Notes: a model not told the origin generated them from the letters alone. Shown: positions 19,310-28,086, counted from the stretch's first letter. The stretch is 64,000 nt of DNA from an uncultured Candidatus Binatia bacterium (GCA_965247985.1 OZ252051.1:53953-117952); one strand, 5' to 3'. A program made the numbers and translations.

Positions 19310-19337
19310 AATGCTTTCCGTTTAGGGTAGGTCCCCA

Positions 19338-19367
19338 CCCTCTCCCGGAGTACCCGGATGGAGAGGG
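19338..19367. repeat. CCCTCTCC-N14-GGAGAGGG hairpin, copy c (longer loop)
   Basis: Lies between convergent genes 19103(+) and 19395(-). Confidence 0.4.
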
Positions 19368-19394
19368 CAGGCTAGCGAGTCTTCAACAAGGAAA

Positions 19395-19817
19395 CTACGG
19401 GTCAACCCGGGCTGAGGCGTAGCCGCTGACGACTTCGACCCCGTCTTGATTGACGGTCGAGACATCCAGATCAACGATGTGACCACCTTCTTCTTGACGG
19501 ATGGCCTTTACTGTGGCTTTGGCGGTGAGGGAGTCGCCCGGCCAGACTTGGCGGGTGAAGCGCACCCCGTATTGGGTGAGGCGACCGTCGCCCACATAAT
19601 TGGTCAGCATCTTACCGGTCATGCCCATCGACAGCATGCCGTGGGCAAAGACGGACGGATAGCCGGCCACTTTGGTGACAAAGATTTCATCGGTATGGAC
19701 CGGATTGTAGTCGCCCGACGCGCCCGCGTATTGGACGAGTTGGGTGCGTTTGAGGTCTTCGACCACTTGTTCTTCGTGCGTATCTCCGACTTTCAATTGA
19801 CTTGCTAATAATGCCAT
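19395..19817 (-). CDS. MaoC-family (R)-specific enoyl-CoA hydratase/dehydratase (hotdog fold)
   Basis: 140 aa. YAGASGDYNPVHTDE hydratase-2 motif. Confidence 0.85.
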   Translation of the reverse strand: MALLASQLKVGDTHEEQVVEDLKRTQLVQYAGASGDYNPVHTDEIFVTKVAGYPSVFAHGMLSMGMTGKMLTNYVGDGRLTQYGVRFTRQVWPGDSLTAKATVKAIRQEEGGHIVDLDVSTVNQDGVEVVSGYASARVDP

Positions 19818-19827
19818 AGCTTCCCTC

Positions 19828-20322
19828 CTACTGATCTACCGGACGCTCCGTTTGGACCCCAACGCTGCGGGCGGTGACAACGAGATCGCCGTTCTGGTCG
19901 CGGTACTCGGTAACGGTCTCGGAAAAGAGCAGCTTGCCTGAACGCTTGCCCTGCTTTTCCCATTTCTTACCCGGTTTTACCGTGGCGGTCAGGACATCGC
20001 CCGGTTTGGGATGGCGGTGGTATTCATAGTGCTGCTCGGCGTGCAGGCCGCCCCCGCCGCCGCCCCCCCCGCTGCTACCTTCCTTTTTCACGCCCGTGGG
20101 TTCTTTGCCCGAGCCGAACCACGGCGTGCCTAGTTTGGGGCGCAGAAAATAGTCGGGATCGAATTGGGCGCTCGCCTGGACAAAGGTCGGCGGAGCAATG
20201 ACGGACCCAGGCTCGGTGGTCTTGGCGTACTCTTCGTCAGCATAAATCTCGTTATAATCACCCACGGAACGAGCAAACATGAGTATATGGCTCGCTTCGA
20301 CGGGAAATTTTTCAACTGCCAT
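19828..20322 (-). CDS. MaoC-N / FAS1-like hotdog dehydratase partner subunit, with G8 insertion encoded by a C8 homopolymer
   Basis: ARSVGDYNEIYADEEYAK hotdog N-like motif. Adjacent to the MaoC gene (HadAB-like pairing). Start preferred at ATG 20322 with AGGAGA RBS. Poly-Gly SSGGGGGGGGL. Confidence 0.7.
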   Translation of the reverse strand: MAVEKFPVEASHILMFARSVGDYNEIYADEEYAKTTEPGSVIAPPTFVQASAQFDPDYFLRPKLGTPWFGSGKEPTGVKKEGSSGGGGGGGGLHAEQHYEYHRHPKPGDVLTATVKPGKKWEKQGKRSGKLLFSETVTEYRDQNGDLVVTARSVGVQTERPVDQ

Positions 20323-20350
20323 TGGTGTATCTCCTTTTGTGATTAGTGAT

Positions 20351-20409
20351 GGGTGGGGCGGGGTATACACAGGCTCCCCACCCCGGCCCTCTCCCACGAG
20401 GGGAGAGGG
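20351..20409. repeat. double hairpin GGGTGGGG-N17-CCCCACCC + CCCTCTCCC-acga-GGGAGAGGG, copy d
   Basis: Intergenic between two minus-strand genes, downstream of the dienelactone hydrolase gene. Confidence 0.45.
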
Positions 20410-20417
20410 GGATTGAG

Positions 20418-21158
20418 CTAGTTACTGAGATGTTTGCCGTAGAACATCAGCACGCGGTGCCACATGTCCTGGGCCGGTACTGGGCGATAGCTCTCCCGAT
20501 AATCGGCAAAAAAGGCATGTCCGGCGTTGGGATACATGCGCATCTCATACGTCTTGCCGTGCTTGTCGAGTTCTTCTTTAAGACGCTCGGCGTGTTCTGG
20601 CGAAGGGTTAGGATCTTCTTCGCCAAATAAGCCAAACAAGGGGCAGGACAGATCTTTGACCAGGTCAATAGGAGAGGTAGGACGGGTCGGCGGGAAATCG
20701 TCTTGGATGATAAACCCGCCGGCAGAATCCACCGCGGCATCAAGATTTTTACTCGTGCAGCCAAACATCAGCGTGTAACGTCCACCGGAACAAAAGCCAA
20801 TAGCGCCAACTTTCCCGTTGGAGTCGGACTGGCCCTTGATATACCGGGCCGCGGCGTCCAGGTCGGCCATGGCCTGAGAGTCCGGTACGGAGAACATCAC
20901 TTTGATCACATCGTTGATATCGCTCGGGTCGGGATTGCCTTCGCGCGTATACATATCCGGCGCCAGCGTAATATAGCCTTCGCGGGCAAAACGGTCGGCC
21001 ACGTCTTTGATATGATCGTTTAAGCCAAAGGCTTCCATAATGACGATCACACCGGGGTGCGGACCATCTGTGGTTGGCTGGCTCAAGTACGCATTGACTG
21101 GCGTATCGCCCTGGCCAGGATACTGCATCATACTGGATTGAACTTCCGGTGGTCTCAT
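20418..21158 (-). CDS. dienelactone hydrolase family protein
   Basis: 246 aa alpha/beta hydrolase with a DLH-type N-terminus (PGVIVIMEAFGLNDH) and nucleophile CSGG. Confidence 0.85.
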   Translation of the reverse strand: MRPPEVQSSMMQYPGQGDTPVNAYLSQPTTDGPHPGVIVIMEAFGLNDHIKDVADRFAREGYITLAPDMYTREGNPDPSDINDVIKVMFSVPDSQAMADLDAAARYIKGQSDSNGKVGAIGFCSGGRYTLMFGCTSKNLDAAVDSAGGFIIQDDFPPTRPTSPIDLVKDLSCPLFGLFGEEDPNPSPEHAERLKEELDKHGKTYEMRMYPNAGHAFFADYRESYRPVPAQDMWHRVLMFYGKHLSN

Positions 21159-21312
21159 GACTTCATCCCTCCTCTATGGATAGTGAGATTATATTACCGG
21201 GAGCATATGTCTTGCCCCTGTCGGTTTCAAGTCTTGTGGGTACAGCGAAAGAGGAGAGCGCAGCTTGTGACCATACAGAGAAGGTGGTAGGACGCAAGGC
21301 AACGTATTGCGC

Positions 21313-21349
21313 TGAACCGATGAACCGATGAACCGATGAACGAATGAAC
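21313..21349 (+). promoter_or_regulatory. tandem octamer array TGAACCGA x3 + TGAACGAA + TGAAC, 16 nt upstream of the amidohydrolase-2 start
   Basis: Seen directly. Perfect 8-bp period. Followed by GGGAGGG RBS and ATG 21365. Confidence 0.5.
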
Positions 21350-21364
21350 TAGGGAGGGACGAAA

Positions 21365-22474
21365 ATGAGTCGCACCTATAACGTTATTGATTCAGACGGT
21401 CATGTTTTAGAACCGCCCAATTTTTGGGCCGACTATATTGAACCGGCATACCGAGACCGCGTGCCCGAACTGATTGTTGATACAGACGGCAAAGAGCGCC
21501 TGCGTATTGAAGGTCGCGTACTGGGAGGACAAAAAGGCTTGGGCTTTGCCGGTGCCATTGGCGCCCGCGATGGCAATGCCTCGACTGACATTAAGTACGT
21601 AGAGGGTCGTCAAGGCGGGTTTGATCCACACGCGCGTATACCGGACATGGAACTGGACGGCATAGACGCCGTTTTTCTGTATCCCACCCTCGGCCTTTTT
21701 TCTGGAGCTATAGAAGACGTACCTCTCGCTGCGGCCACCTGCCGAGCGTATAACCGCTGGCTGGCCGATTACTGTAAGCCCTACCCCGACCGGCTTTTTG
21801 GCGTAGCCATGCTGCCGATGCAATCCATCGAGCTGGCGATTGAAGAAATGCGCTACGCTCGGAATGAACTTGGGATGCGGAGCGGCTTTCTGCGTCCGAA
21901 CCCGTATAACGACCGCATGCTTGGTCATAAGGATTACGATGTATTCTGGGCCGAAGCCCAAGAGCTCGACTTTGCCATCGGCGTTCACGAAGGTACCGGC
22001 GGCATGCCGGCCGCGGGGGCCGACCGGTTTGAGGAGCTTGCCCCTCGGCATATTGTTTCTCATACCGTGGAAATGATGCTGGCGAGTTTGAGTATTATCT
22101 GGGACGGTGTATGCGAGCGTTTTCCGAAGCTGCGCATTGCGTTCTTGGAGTCAGGCGGTGGCTGGATTGCCCCTTGGCTGGATCGTATGGACCGCCATTG
22201 CGACGATCATGGGGTGTTCACGGATTCGCCCCTCACCCTGCTCCCGAGCGAATACTTCAAGCGCCAGTGCTGGATTTCGTACGAACCGGTTGAGGGCAGC
22301 TTGGCCCATCTGGTTGATTATATTGGCGCTGAAAAGATTCTGTGGGCAACCGATTATCCGCACCCGGATGGCTTCTTTCCTGGGGCTCCCAAAATGATCG
22401 CGGATAAACTATCGGATGAGAACAAACACAAGGTGTTGGCGGAGAGTGCGAAGCAGTTTTATGGGCTGAGTTAG
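21365..22474 (+). CDS. amidohydrolase-2 family protein, paralog 2
   Basis: IDSDGHVLEPPNFW N-terminal motif. 369 aa. Confidence 0.85.
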   Translation: MSRTYNVIDSDGHVLEPPNFWADYIEPAYRDRVPELIVDTDGKERLRIEGRVLGGQKGLGFAGAIGARDGNASTDIKYVEGRQGGFDPHARIPDMELDGIDAVFLYPTLGLFSGAIEDVPLAAATCRAYNRWLADYCKPYPDRLFGVAMLPMQSIELAIEEMRYARNELGMRSGFLRPNPYNDRMLGHKDYDVFWAEAQELDFAIGVHEGTGGMPAAGADRFEELAPRHIVSHTVEMMLASLSIIWDGVCERFPKLRIAFLESGGGWIAPWLDRMDRHCDDHGVFTDSPLTLLPSEYFKRQCWISYEPVEGSLAHLVDYIGAEKILWATDYPHPDGFFPGAPKMIADKLSDENKHKVLAESAKQFYGLS

Positions 22475-22480
22475 TTTGTT

Positions 22481-22505
22481 GCAGGGTGCCTCCTGTGCAC
22501 CCTGC
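22481..22505. terminator. 9-bp perfect hairpin GCAGGGTGC-ctcctgt-GCACCCTGC between convergent genes
   Basis: Begins 7 nt after the TAG at 22474. No clean U-tract. Confidence 0.35.
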
Positions 22506-22685
22506 GCCTTAGTCCGTCGCAGCCGAATCGGGCACAAAAAAGACAAACGTGCGGGCTTCAATACTTTCTCTGGCCAGCACGTCCGGCGGACTGTTCGGGT
22601 CGTCAAAGCCGGTATGGGCGGTAAAGCGTGCCCGCCCGTCATTCAGCGCGGTGTTTCTCAAATCCTATTGGCTCACTTTGATGTC

Positions 22686-23141
22686 TCATGGCAAGGGTGC
22701 GAAATGCATGCTGATAATCATCCACGCGCCATCGACTTGCGCGTACGTCAGCATATACTGCCCAGGAGTCGTGCTTGTCCGCTCTCCTTTGATCTGAGTC
22801 GTGAGCTGATAATTCCCCCATGCCACTCCAGTCGCTCTGGTGATTCGATATTTCGGATATACGATTTCGAGCACGGCAGACTCATGTTCATCGAAATACT
22901 CTTGCACGGCCTGTCTGAATGCCTCCTTGCCCTCGATGGGAAACGGCGAGTACAGTCCATACAGGACGATACCTTCGTGAGCAGTGGCAACAGCCGCGTC
23001 AAGGTCGCCGGTATTGAGGGCTTTCATCTCGGAGTTGAAAGCAGCAATGAGTGCCTCGCGTTCCGATTGGCCGAGGGCCGGAGACACACCGCTCAGCAAG
23101 AGGCTACAGGTGCAGACCAGGCATATGCGTAGAAGAGTCAT
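22686..23141 (-). CDS. secreted NTF2-like (SnoaL/DUF4440-like) protein, paralog 1
   Basis: Start chosen at ATG 23141 (MTLLRICLVCTCSLLLSGVSPALG signal peptide). The track ORF is over-extended into the leader. ~152 aa. Confidence 0.6.
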   Translation of the reverse strand: MTLLRICLVCTCSLLLSGVSPALGQSEREALIAAFNSEMKALNTGDLDAAVATAHEGIVLYGLYSPFPIEGKEAFRQAVQEYFDEHESAVLEIVYPKYRITRATGVAWGNYQLTTQIKGERTSTTPGQYMLTYAQVDGAWMIISMHFAPLP

Positions 23142-23174
23142 GCTCAGCGCGTTCCCGCTTCTTTGTCCGCTCCG

Positions 23175-23230
23175 GAAATGAGTAAACGCGCCAACATCTG
23201 CATGTCTGTTGAGGGCACATTTACTCATTT
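23175..23230. promoter_or_regulatory. palindromic leader element, copy B (GAAATGAGTAAACG-cgccaacatctgcatgtctgttgagggca-CATTTACTCATTT)
   Basis: 34 bp upstream of the NTF2-like start at 23141 and 10 bp after the stop of the upstream NTF2-like gene. Confidence 0.6.
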
Positions 23231-23239
23231 TTGCCCTCA

Positions 23240-23701
23240 TTATAGCGACGAGAAGTCCAAGGCAACGACCAGCCATTTGCCTTCCTCCTTGGCATAGGTA
23301 AAGGTGTAGCGTCCATGCAGTATTCTCCGCGGACCAACCCGTGGTTGCTCTCGCACGGTATAATGTCCCCACGCCAGCCCACTCGTTTCGATAACAAAAA
23401 ATTTCGTGTTGACAGAATTCCATTTGACATAATCATGGTTCGTAAAATACTCCTGCACGAGTTGTTGAATGGCGGCTTTCCCTTCGACTGCAAAGGGAGA
23501 CAACGTACCGAATAAGACAACATTCTCGTGCGCTGTCGCCGTGAAAGCAGTTGGGTCTTGTCCATTGAATAATCGGATATCAGCCTCAAAAGACTGTTGG
23601 ATGTCAGTCAGGTCATCTGCCCGGACAGACACGCCTCCAAACAGCAGGCTGATTCCCAGCAGGCTGATTCCCATGACGAGACTGCGGCGTAAACCACTCA
23701 T
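23240..23701 (-). CDS. secreted NTF2-like (SnoaL/DUF4440-like) protein, paralog 2
   Basis: 153 aa. Signal peptide MGISLLGISLLFGGVSVRADD. Similar to CDS 22686 (e.g. FGTLSPFAVEGKAAIQQLVQEYF versus YGLYSPFPIEGKEAFRQAVQEYF). Confidence 0.65.
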   Translation of the reverse strand: MSGLRRSLVMGISLLGISLLFGGVSVRADDLTDIQQSFEADIRLFNGQDPTAFTATAHENVVLFGTLSPFAVEGKAAIQQLVQEYFTNHDYVKWNSVNTKFFVIETSGLAWGHYTVREQPRVGPRRILHGRYTFTYAKEEGKWLVVALDFSSL

Positions 23702-23801
23702 ATCACCTCTCCAGCTCTCTTCTTCGATATGTCCATTCCGGTGTCAAGCCTCTGCCCCGCCTCTCAGCGGCTCGGCAGCGTGCTCCGTATGGATTGACCT
23801 C

Positions 23802-23856
23802 AAAGAGTAAACGTGTACAACAGCTTGGAATCAGTGAAGGACACGTTTACTCTTTC
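23802..23856. promoter_or_regulatory. palindromic leader element, copy C (variant: arms AAAGAGTAAACGTGT / ACACGTTTACTCTTT, different 24-nt core)
   Basis: Perfect 15-bp inverted arms. In the divergent spacer 100 bp upstream of NTF2-like paralog 2 and 176 bp upstream of the tandem CoA-transferase. Confidence 0.55.
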
Positions 23857-24031
23857 AATCCCCGGACAGGGATACTATCCCAGGTTCCGGCAAGAGAGCA
23901 AACGGACCGTCAGCCCGGAACCGAGAAAAACAGTAGGAAATTCGCTCGATTAGTGTTAGAGAAACGTCTTTCGACCCAGACCGGGAAAGATGCCGGAGCC
24001 GTCCTATCCGCTCTGGCAAAGGAGGGAGTTT

Positions 24032-26434
24032 ATGCAGGGTCTCGAAGGTGTCAAAGTTCTGGAACTCGGCCATCTTGCTTCGGCGGCATATGCGACAAAA
24101 CTCATGGCTGACCTTGGAGCGAACGTCGTCAAAGCCGAAGAACCAGGCGGCGACCGGGCCCGTTGGCGCGGGCCTTTTCCAGGCGGCACAGCAGACCCGG
24201 AGCAGAGTGGTCTCTTTTTATCCCTCAATACCAATAAGCGCAGTGTCACGCTTGATTTTGCACCCGAGAAAGACCAACTCTCCCGGCTCGTGCAGTGGGC
24301 AGACATCCTGGTCCATAATTACGCGCCGCCGCGCATGACCGAGTTGGGCATTGATTATCCGACCTTTCGAGAACTCAATCCCCGGCTGGTTATGTGTTCG
24401 ATTACGCCATTTGGCCTGACCGGTCCGTATACACACTATAATGCCTATGACATCACCGTTGCCAATGCCGGCGGCTGGGCCTGGTTGAGCCCTGGGGCCT
24501 CAGACTATCCAGAGTTGCCACCCCTCAAAGCGTATGGCCAGCAGACGGAATTCCAGGGCGGGCTGGCTGCCACGGTCGCCACGCTGGGCGCGTATTATCG
24601 GGCGTTGGAAACCGGGCGCGGGGAGCATATTGATCTAGCCGTTCAAGCCTATGTGTCCTCCTTCATGGAACAGAGCTTCGTCCATTATACGTATGGGAAG
24701 AAAGTCGCTTCACGCCTGGGCAAGCGGCTGCTGTATCCGTGGGGGATTTATGAGTGTCAGGATGGCCTCATCTTTGTGGTGACCGTGGAAGAAGACCAAT
24801 GGGAACGCCTGGTTGACCTCATGGATAACCCGGAGTGGGCAAGCTGGGAGATCTTTCAAAACGCGATAGAGCGGGCCAAGAACCAGGACGTGCTCAAAAT
24901 GTATCTGGATGAGTGGTTCAAGCAGCAGAAAGTGTATGAACTGTTTCGGGCCGGCCAAGAGCGACGCATCTGTTTTGCTCCGGTTCAGAGCATGCGTCAG
25001 TTGGCTGAAGACGAGCACCTGCACGCGCGCAAGTTTTTTGTGGAGGTGGAACATCCGAAGGCGGGTACGTTGACCCATCTCGGCCCGCCCTACCAACTGC
25101 GCGAGCCATGGTGGCAGATTCGTCGCCCCGCCCCGCAGTTGGGCGAACATAACGCCGAAGTCCACACCGAACTCCAAAGCATAGCGCCGCCCCCCACTCC
25201 CCAACCCCCAACCCCCAATCCCGCTCTTCCCTTAGCCGGCGTGCGGGTGACTGATTTTACCTGGGTCTGGGCCGGTCCGTTTGGCACGATGCACCTGGCG
25301 CACCTGGGCGCTGAGGTGGTTAAGGTTGAATCACACGCCCGGGTGGATATTAGCCGCCGGCTGCCGATCTACCCGGAGGGTATGAAAGGCGGGGTGAATC
25401 GCTCCGGCATTTTCAACGAGTGGAGCATGGGCAAGAAAAGCCTGCTCCTCAACGTCGCCAAACCTGAGGGCATGCGGATTGTCAAAGAACTCATCAAGAA
25501 GAGTGATGTGGTGGTGGATAATTTTGCGACTGGCGTCATGGACACCCTTGGTCTCAATTACGATGATTTGAAAAAGATCAAGCCGGATATCATTGTTGCT
25601 TCGATCTCAGGTTTTGGCCATTCCGGCCCGCAGAAAAAATATATGGGCTATGGTCCGGCGATGGCTCCGGTCAGCGGTTTATCGTCCCTCACCGGCTATA
25701 AGGATGGCTCGCCGCAAGAGGTCGGGATTTCGTATGGCGACCCGAATAGCGGCATTCACGCCGCCGCGGCAATCTGCGCCGCGCTGGCCGCTCGACAACG
25801 CACCGGCCACGGCCAGTATATTGATGTGTCGCTGTTTGAGGCCGTGGCCGCCCTCGTGTCCGAGGGCTGGATGGACTACGTCATGAACGGCAGCCAGCCA
25901 GAGCGCGACGGCAACCATGATTCCCTCATGGCTCCGCATAACTGCTTTCGCTGTGCCGGCGAGGATGCCTGGGTGTCGATCGCGTGTGGCTCGGACGAAG
26001 AATGGCAAGCTCTGTGTCAGGCGATTGGCCAGTCCCAACTCAGCCTTGATACACGGTTCAGTACCGTTCCCAATCGGAAGGCGAACGAAGACGAGCTGGA
26101 AAAACTGCTGACCGAGTGGACCAGCCAACGCGACCGCTGGGAAGTGACGCAGATCCTCCAAGAGGCCGGTGTGGCCGCCTTTCCAGCGATGAGCGCCGCT
26201 GATCTTGCGGAAGATAAGAATCTGGAAGCGCGCGGAGCGTTCTCGCGCCTGCCCCATCCGGAAGTCGGCCCCCGCCTCCATATGGGTATCCCCTGGTTAC
26301 TGACCGAATCCCCCAACGGCGTCCGCACACCGGCTCCGTTGCTCGGCCAGCATACGGACGAGGTGATGCAGGACGTGCTGGGATATGCGCCGGAAGAAAT
26401 TATACGGCTCAAAGAAGAAAAGGTGCTGGATTAG
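24032..26434 (+). CDS. tandem-fused family III CoA-transferase (two CaiB/BaiF domains joined by a Pro-rich linker)
   Basis: Two complete CaiB/BaiF-like units: GVKVLELGHLASAAYATKLMADLGANVVKAEEP... and AGVRVTDFTWVWAGPFGTMHLAHLGAEVVKVESH.... Linker PPPTPQPPTPNPALP. Start preferred at ATG 24032 after AGGAGGGAG. Confidence 0.85.
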   Translation: MQGLEGVKVLELGHLASAAYATKLMADLGANVVKAEEPGGDRARWRGPFPGGTADPEQSGLFLSLNTNKRSVTLDFAPEKDQLSRLVQWADILVHNYAPPRMTELGIDYPTFRELNPRLVMCSITPFGLTGPYTHYNAYDITVANAGGWAWLSPGASDYPELPPLKAYGQQTEFQGGLAATVATLGAYYRALETGRGEHIDLAVQAYVSSFMEQSFVHYTYGKKVASRLGKRLLYPWGIYECQDGLIFVVTVEEDQWERLVDLMDNPEWASWEIFQNAIERAKNQDVLKMYLDEWFKQQKVYELFRAGQERRICFAPVQSMRQLAEDEHLHARKFFVEVEHPKAGTLTHLGPPYQLREPWWQIRRPAPQLGEHNAEVHTELQSIAPPPTPQPPTPNPALPLAGVRVTDFTWVWAGPFGTMHLAHLGAEVVKVESHARVDISRRLPIYPEGMKGGVNRSGIFNEWSMGKKSLLLNVAKPEGMRIVKELIKKSDVVVDNFATGVMDTLGLNYDDLKKIKPDIIVASISGFGHSGPQKKYMGYGPAMAPVSGLSSLTGYKDGSPQEVGISYGDPNSGIHAAAAICAALAARQRTGHGQYIDVSLFEAVAALVSEGWMDYVMNGSQPERDGNHDSLMAPHNCFRCAGEDAWVSIACGSDEEWQALCQAIGQSQLSLDTRFSTVPNRKANEDELEKLLTEWTSQRDRWEVTQILQEAGVAAFPAMSAADLAEDKNLEARGAFSRLPHPEVGPRLHMGIPWLLTESPNGVRTPAPLLGQHTDEVMQDVLGYAPEEIIRLKEEKVLD

Positions 26435-26628
26435 TATACGTCCCAATGCTGCAAGAACACTAACCCCTGGAGTGACCCCACCGCTACCCTCACCCCACGG
26501 TCATGAGGGATAAAAATAGGCTTGCGCTCAATTCGGACAGGCAGCCCTACCAACTCCCGGTCTGCCAGCACCACCCCCAGATACGAATTGGGCGAATGAT
26601 AGATTGTATAGTTGGTAACAGTCAGCAT
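26431..26628 (-). CDS. hypothetical small protein (weak AbrB/MazE-like pattern); uncertain
   Basis: Track ORF 26431..26754 overlaps the GNAT 3' end. The shorter start MLTVTNY... avoids the overlap. No support beyond an open frame. Confidence 0.2.
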   Translation of the reverse strand: MLTVTNYTIYHSPNSYLGVVLADRELVGLPVRIERKPIFIPHDRGVRVAVGSLQGLVFLQHWDVY

Positions 26629-26684
26629 TTCGGCTTTTTGATGTTCAATGGGCCACGGCGCCAGCAGTGTTGCCCAACCGGTTA

Positions 26685-27209
26685 TTATCCCACCACCTTT
26701 TTCTGCGACACCCACTCTTCTGCGGTCAGTGCCCACCGTTCGTGATCGCGCCAACGTCCCGCCACCTTTAAGTAGCGGGGCGAGAACCCTTCTTGCCGAA
26801 ACCCGAGCCGTTGCACCAGATGAAGGGAGGCCTCATTATCCGGCTGGATGTTAGCCTCCAGCCGATGGAGCCGTAGTCTACGGAAGGCGTGGGAGATCAC
26901 CGCGCGCAGTCCCGCTGTCATATAGCCCCGCCCGTTGTGTGGGACAAATGCATAATAGCCCAAATATCCAGAGCAAAACGTTCCCCGGACAATTTCGTTA
27001 ATGTTGATGACTCCCGCAAGTTCATTCGCCTCGGTCCGCACCTAGTTGCCCACATGGGCAGACTGTTTGAGCCGCTTGAGATAGGCTTCAAACGCGTCAA
27101 CCGTTCGCGGCGGGGCCGCCCAATGACGGTGTAGCTTCCGGCCTTTAGCCACCGCGGTTAGAAACTCGTCTCGGCGGCGCCGCGATGGTCTCTCAAGAAT
27201 GTCTCGCAC
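26685..27209 (-). pseudogene. GNAT (RimJ/RimL-type) N-acetyltransferase interrupted by in-frame TAG (27044-27042) directly abutting a GTG
   Basis: Downstream part carries motifs A/B (YLGYYAFVPHNGRGYMTAGLRAVISHAF...LHRLEANIQPDNEASLHLVQRLGF). The same frame upstream of the TAG reads ILERPSRRRRDEFLTAVAKGRKLHRHWAAPPRTVDAFEAYLKRLKQSAHVGN, a GNAT N-terminal-like sequence. Confidence 0.45.
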
Positions 27210-27324
27210 TGTCTGAGTCTCCCGTCTCGTCTGTGCGTCACTCTAAATGTTTTCTTGCCCGCAGCAAGCGAAACCGTGTAAGACATAAGCATACCGCAGA
27301 TAAAGGGTCAAAAGGAGGAGCACC

Positions 27325-28086
27325 ATGGCAGGCGTATTAGCGGGAAAGATTGCGTTGATTACCGGAGCCGGTTCAGGGATTGGGCGCGCCTCAGCCCTCG
27401 CCTTTGCGCGAGAGGGCGCAAGCGTGGTGGTCAGCGATATTGTTGCTGACGGGGGCGAGGAAACTGTACAGCTCATTCAGGCGGCGGGAGGAGAGGCCCG
27501 CTTTCTTAAAGTCGATGTATCTCAAGCCACTGAGGTTGAGGGGCTCATCACCCAGATCGTCGAAACGTACGGACGCCTTGACTGTGCCTATAACAACGCG
27601 GGGGTCGAAGGTGAAAACGTGTTGACCGCTGAAACCAGCGAAGAGGGCTGGGATCGCACTATGGCGATTAATCTCAAGGGCGTCTGGCTGTGTATGAAAT
27701 ATGAGATTCTCCAGATGCTCAAGCAGGGCGGCGGGTCTATTGTGAACACCTCTTCGTCCTATGGCTTAGTGGGCGGTTACCGTCTGCCAGCCTATATCGC
27801 CAGTAAGCATGGCGTGGTCGGTATTACGCGCGCGGCTGCATTAGAATACGCGCAGAGCGGTATCCGCGTGAACTGTGTCTGTCCGGGCGCGATTGAGACG
27901 CCAATGGTCAGTCGGCTGACCGAGGGTCAGCCCGAGATGGCCGACAAGATCGCAGAAATGGAGCCAGTCGGCCGGATGGGCCAGCCGGGAGAAATCGCGG
28001 AAGCCGTCGTCTGGCTCAGCTCAGACGCCGCCTCATTTGTGACCGGCCATGCTATGGCGGCAGATGGCGGCTGGCTGGCCCAATAG
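27325..28086 (+). CDS. SDR family NAD(P)-dependent oxidoreductase
   Basis: TGAGSGIGRA motif. 253 aa. AAGGAGGAG RBS. Paralog of CDS 4959. Confidence 0.9.
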   Translation: MAGVLAGKIALITGAGSGIGRASALAFAREGASVVVSDIVADGGEETVQLIQAAGGEARFLKVDVSQATEVEGLITQIVETYGRLDCAYNNAGVEGENVLTAETSEEGWDRTMAINLKGVWLCMKYEILQMLKQGGGSIVNTSSSYGLVGGYRLPAYIASKHGVVGITRAAALEYAQSGIRVNCVCPGAIETPMVSRLTEGQPEMADKIAEMEPVGRMGQPGEIAEAVVWLSSDAASFVTGHAMAADGGWLAQ

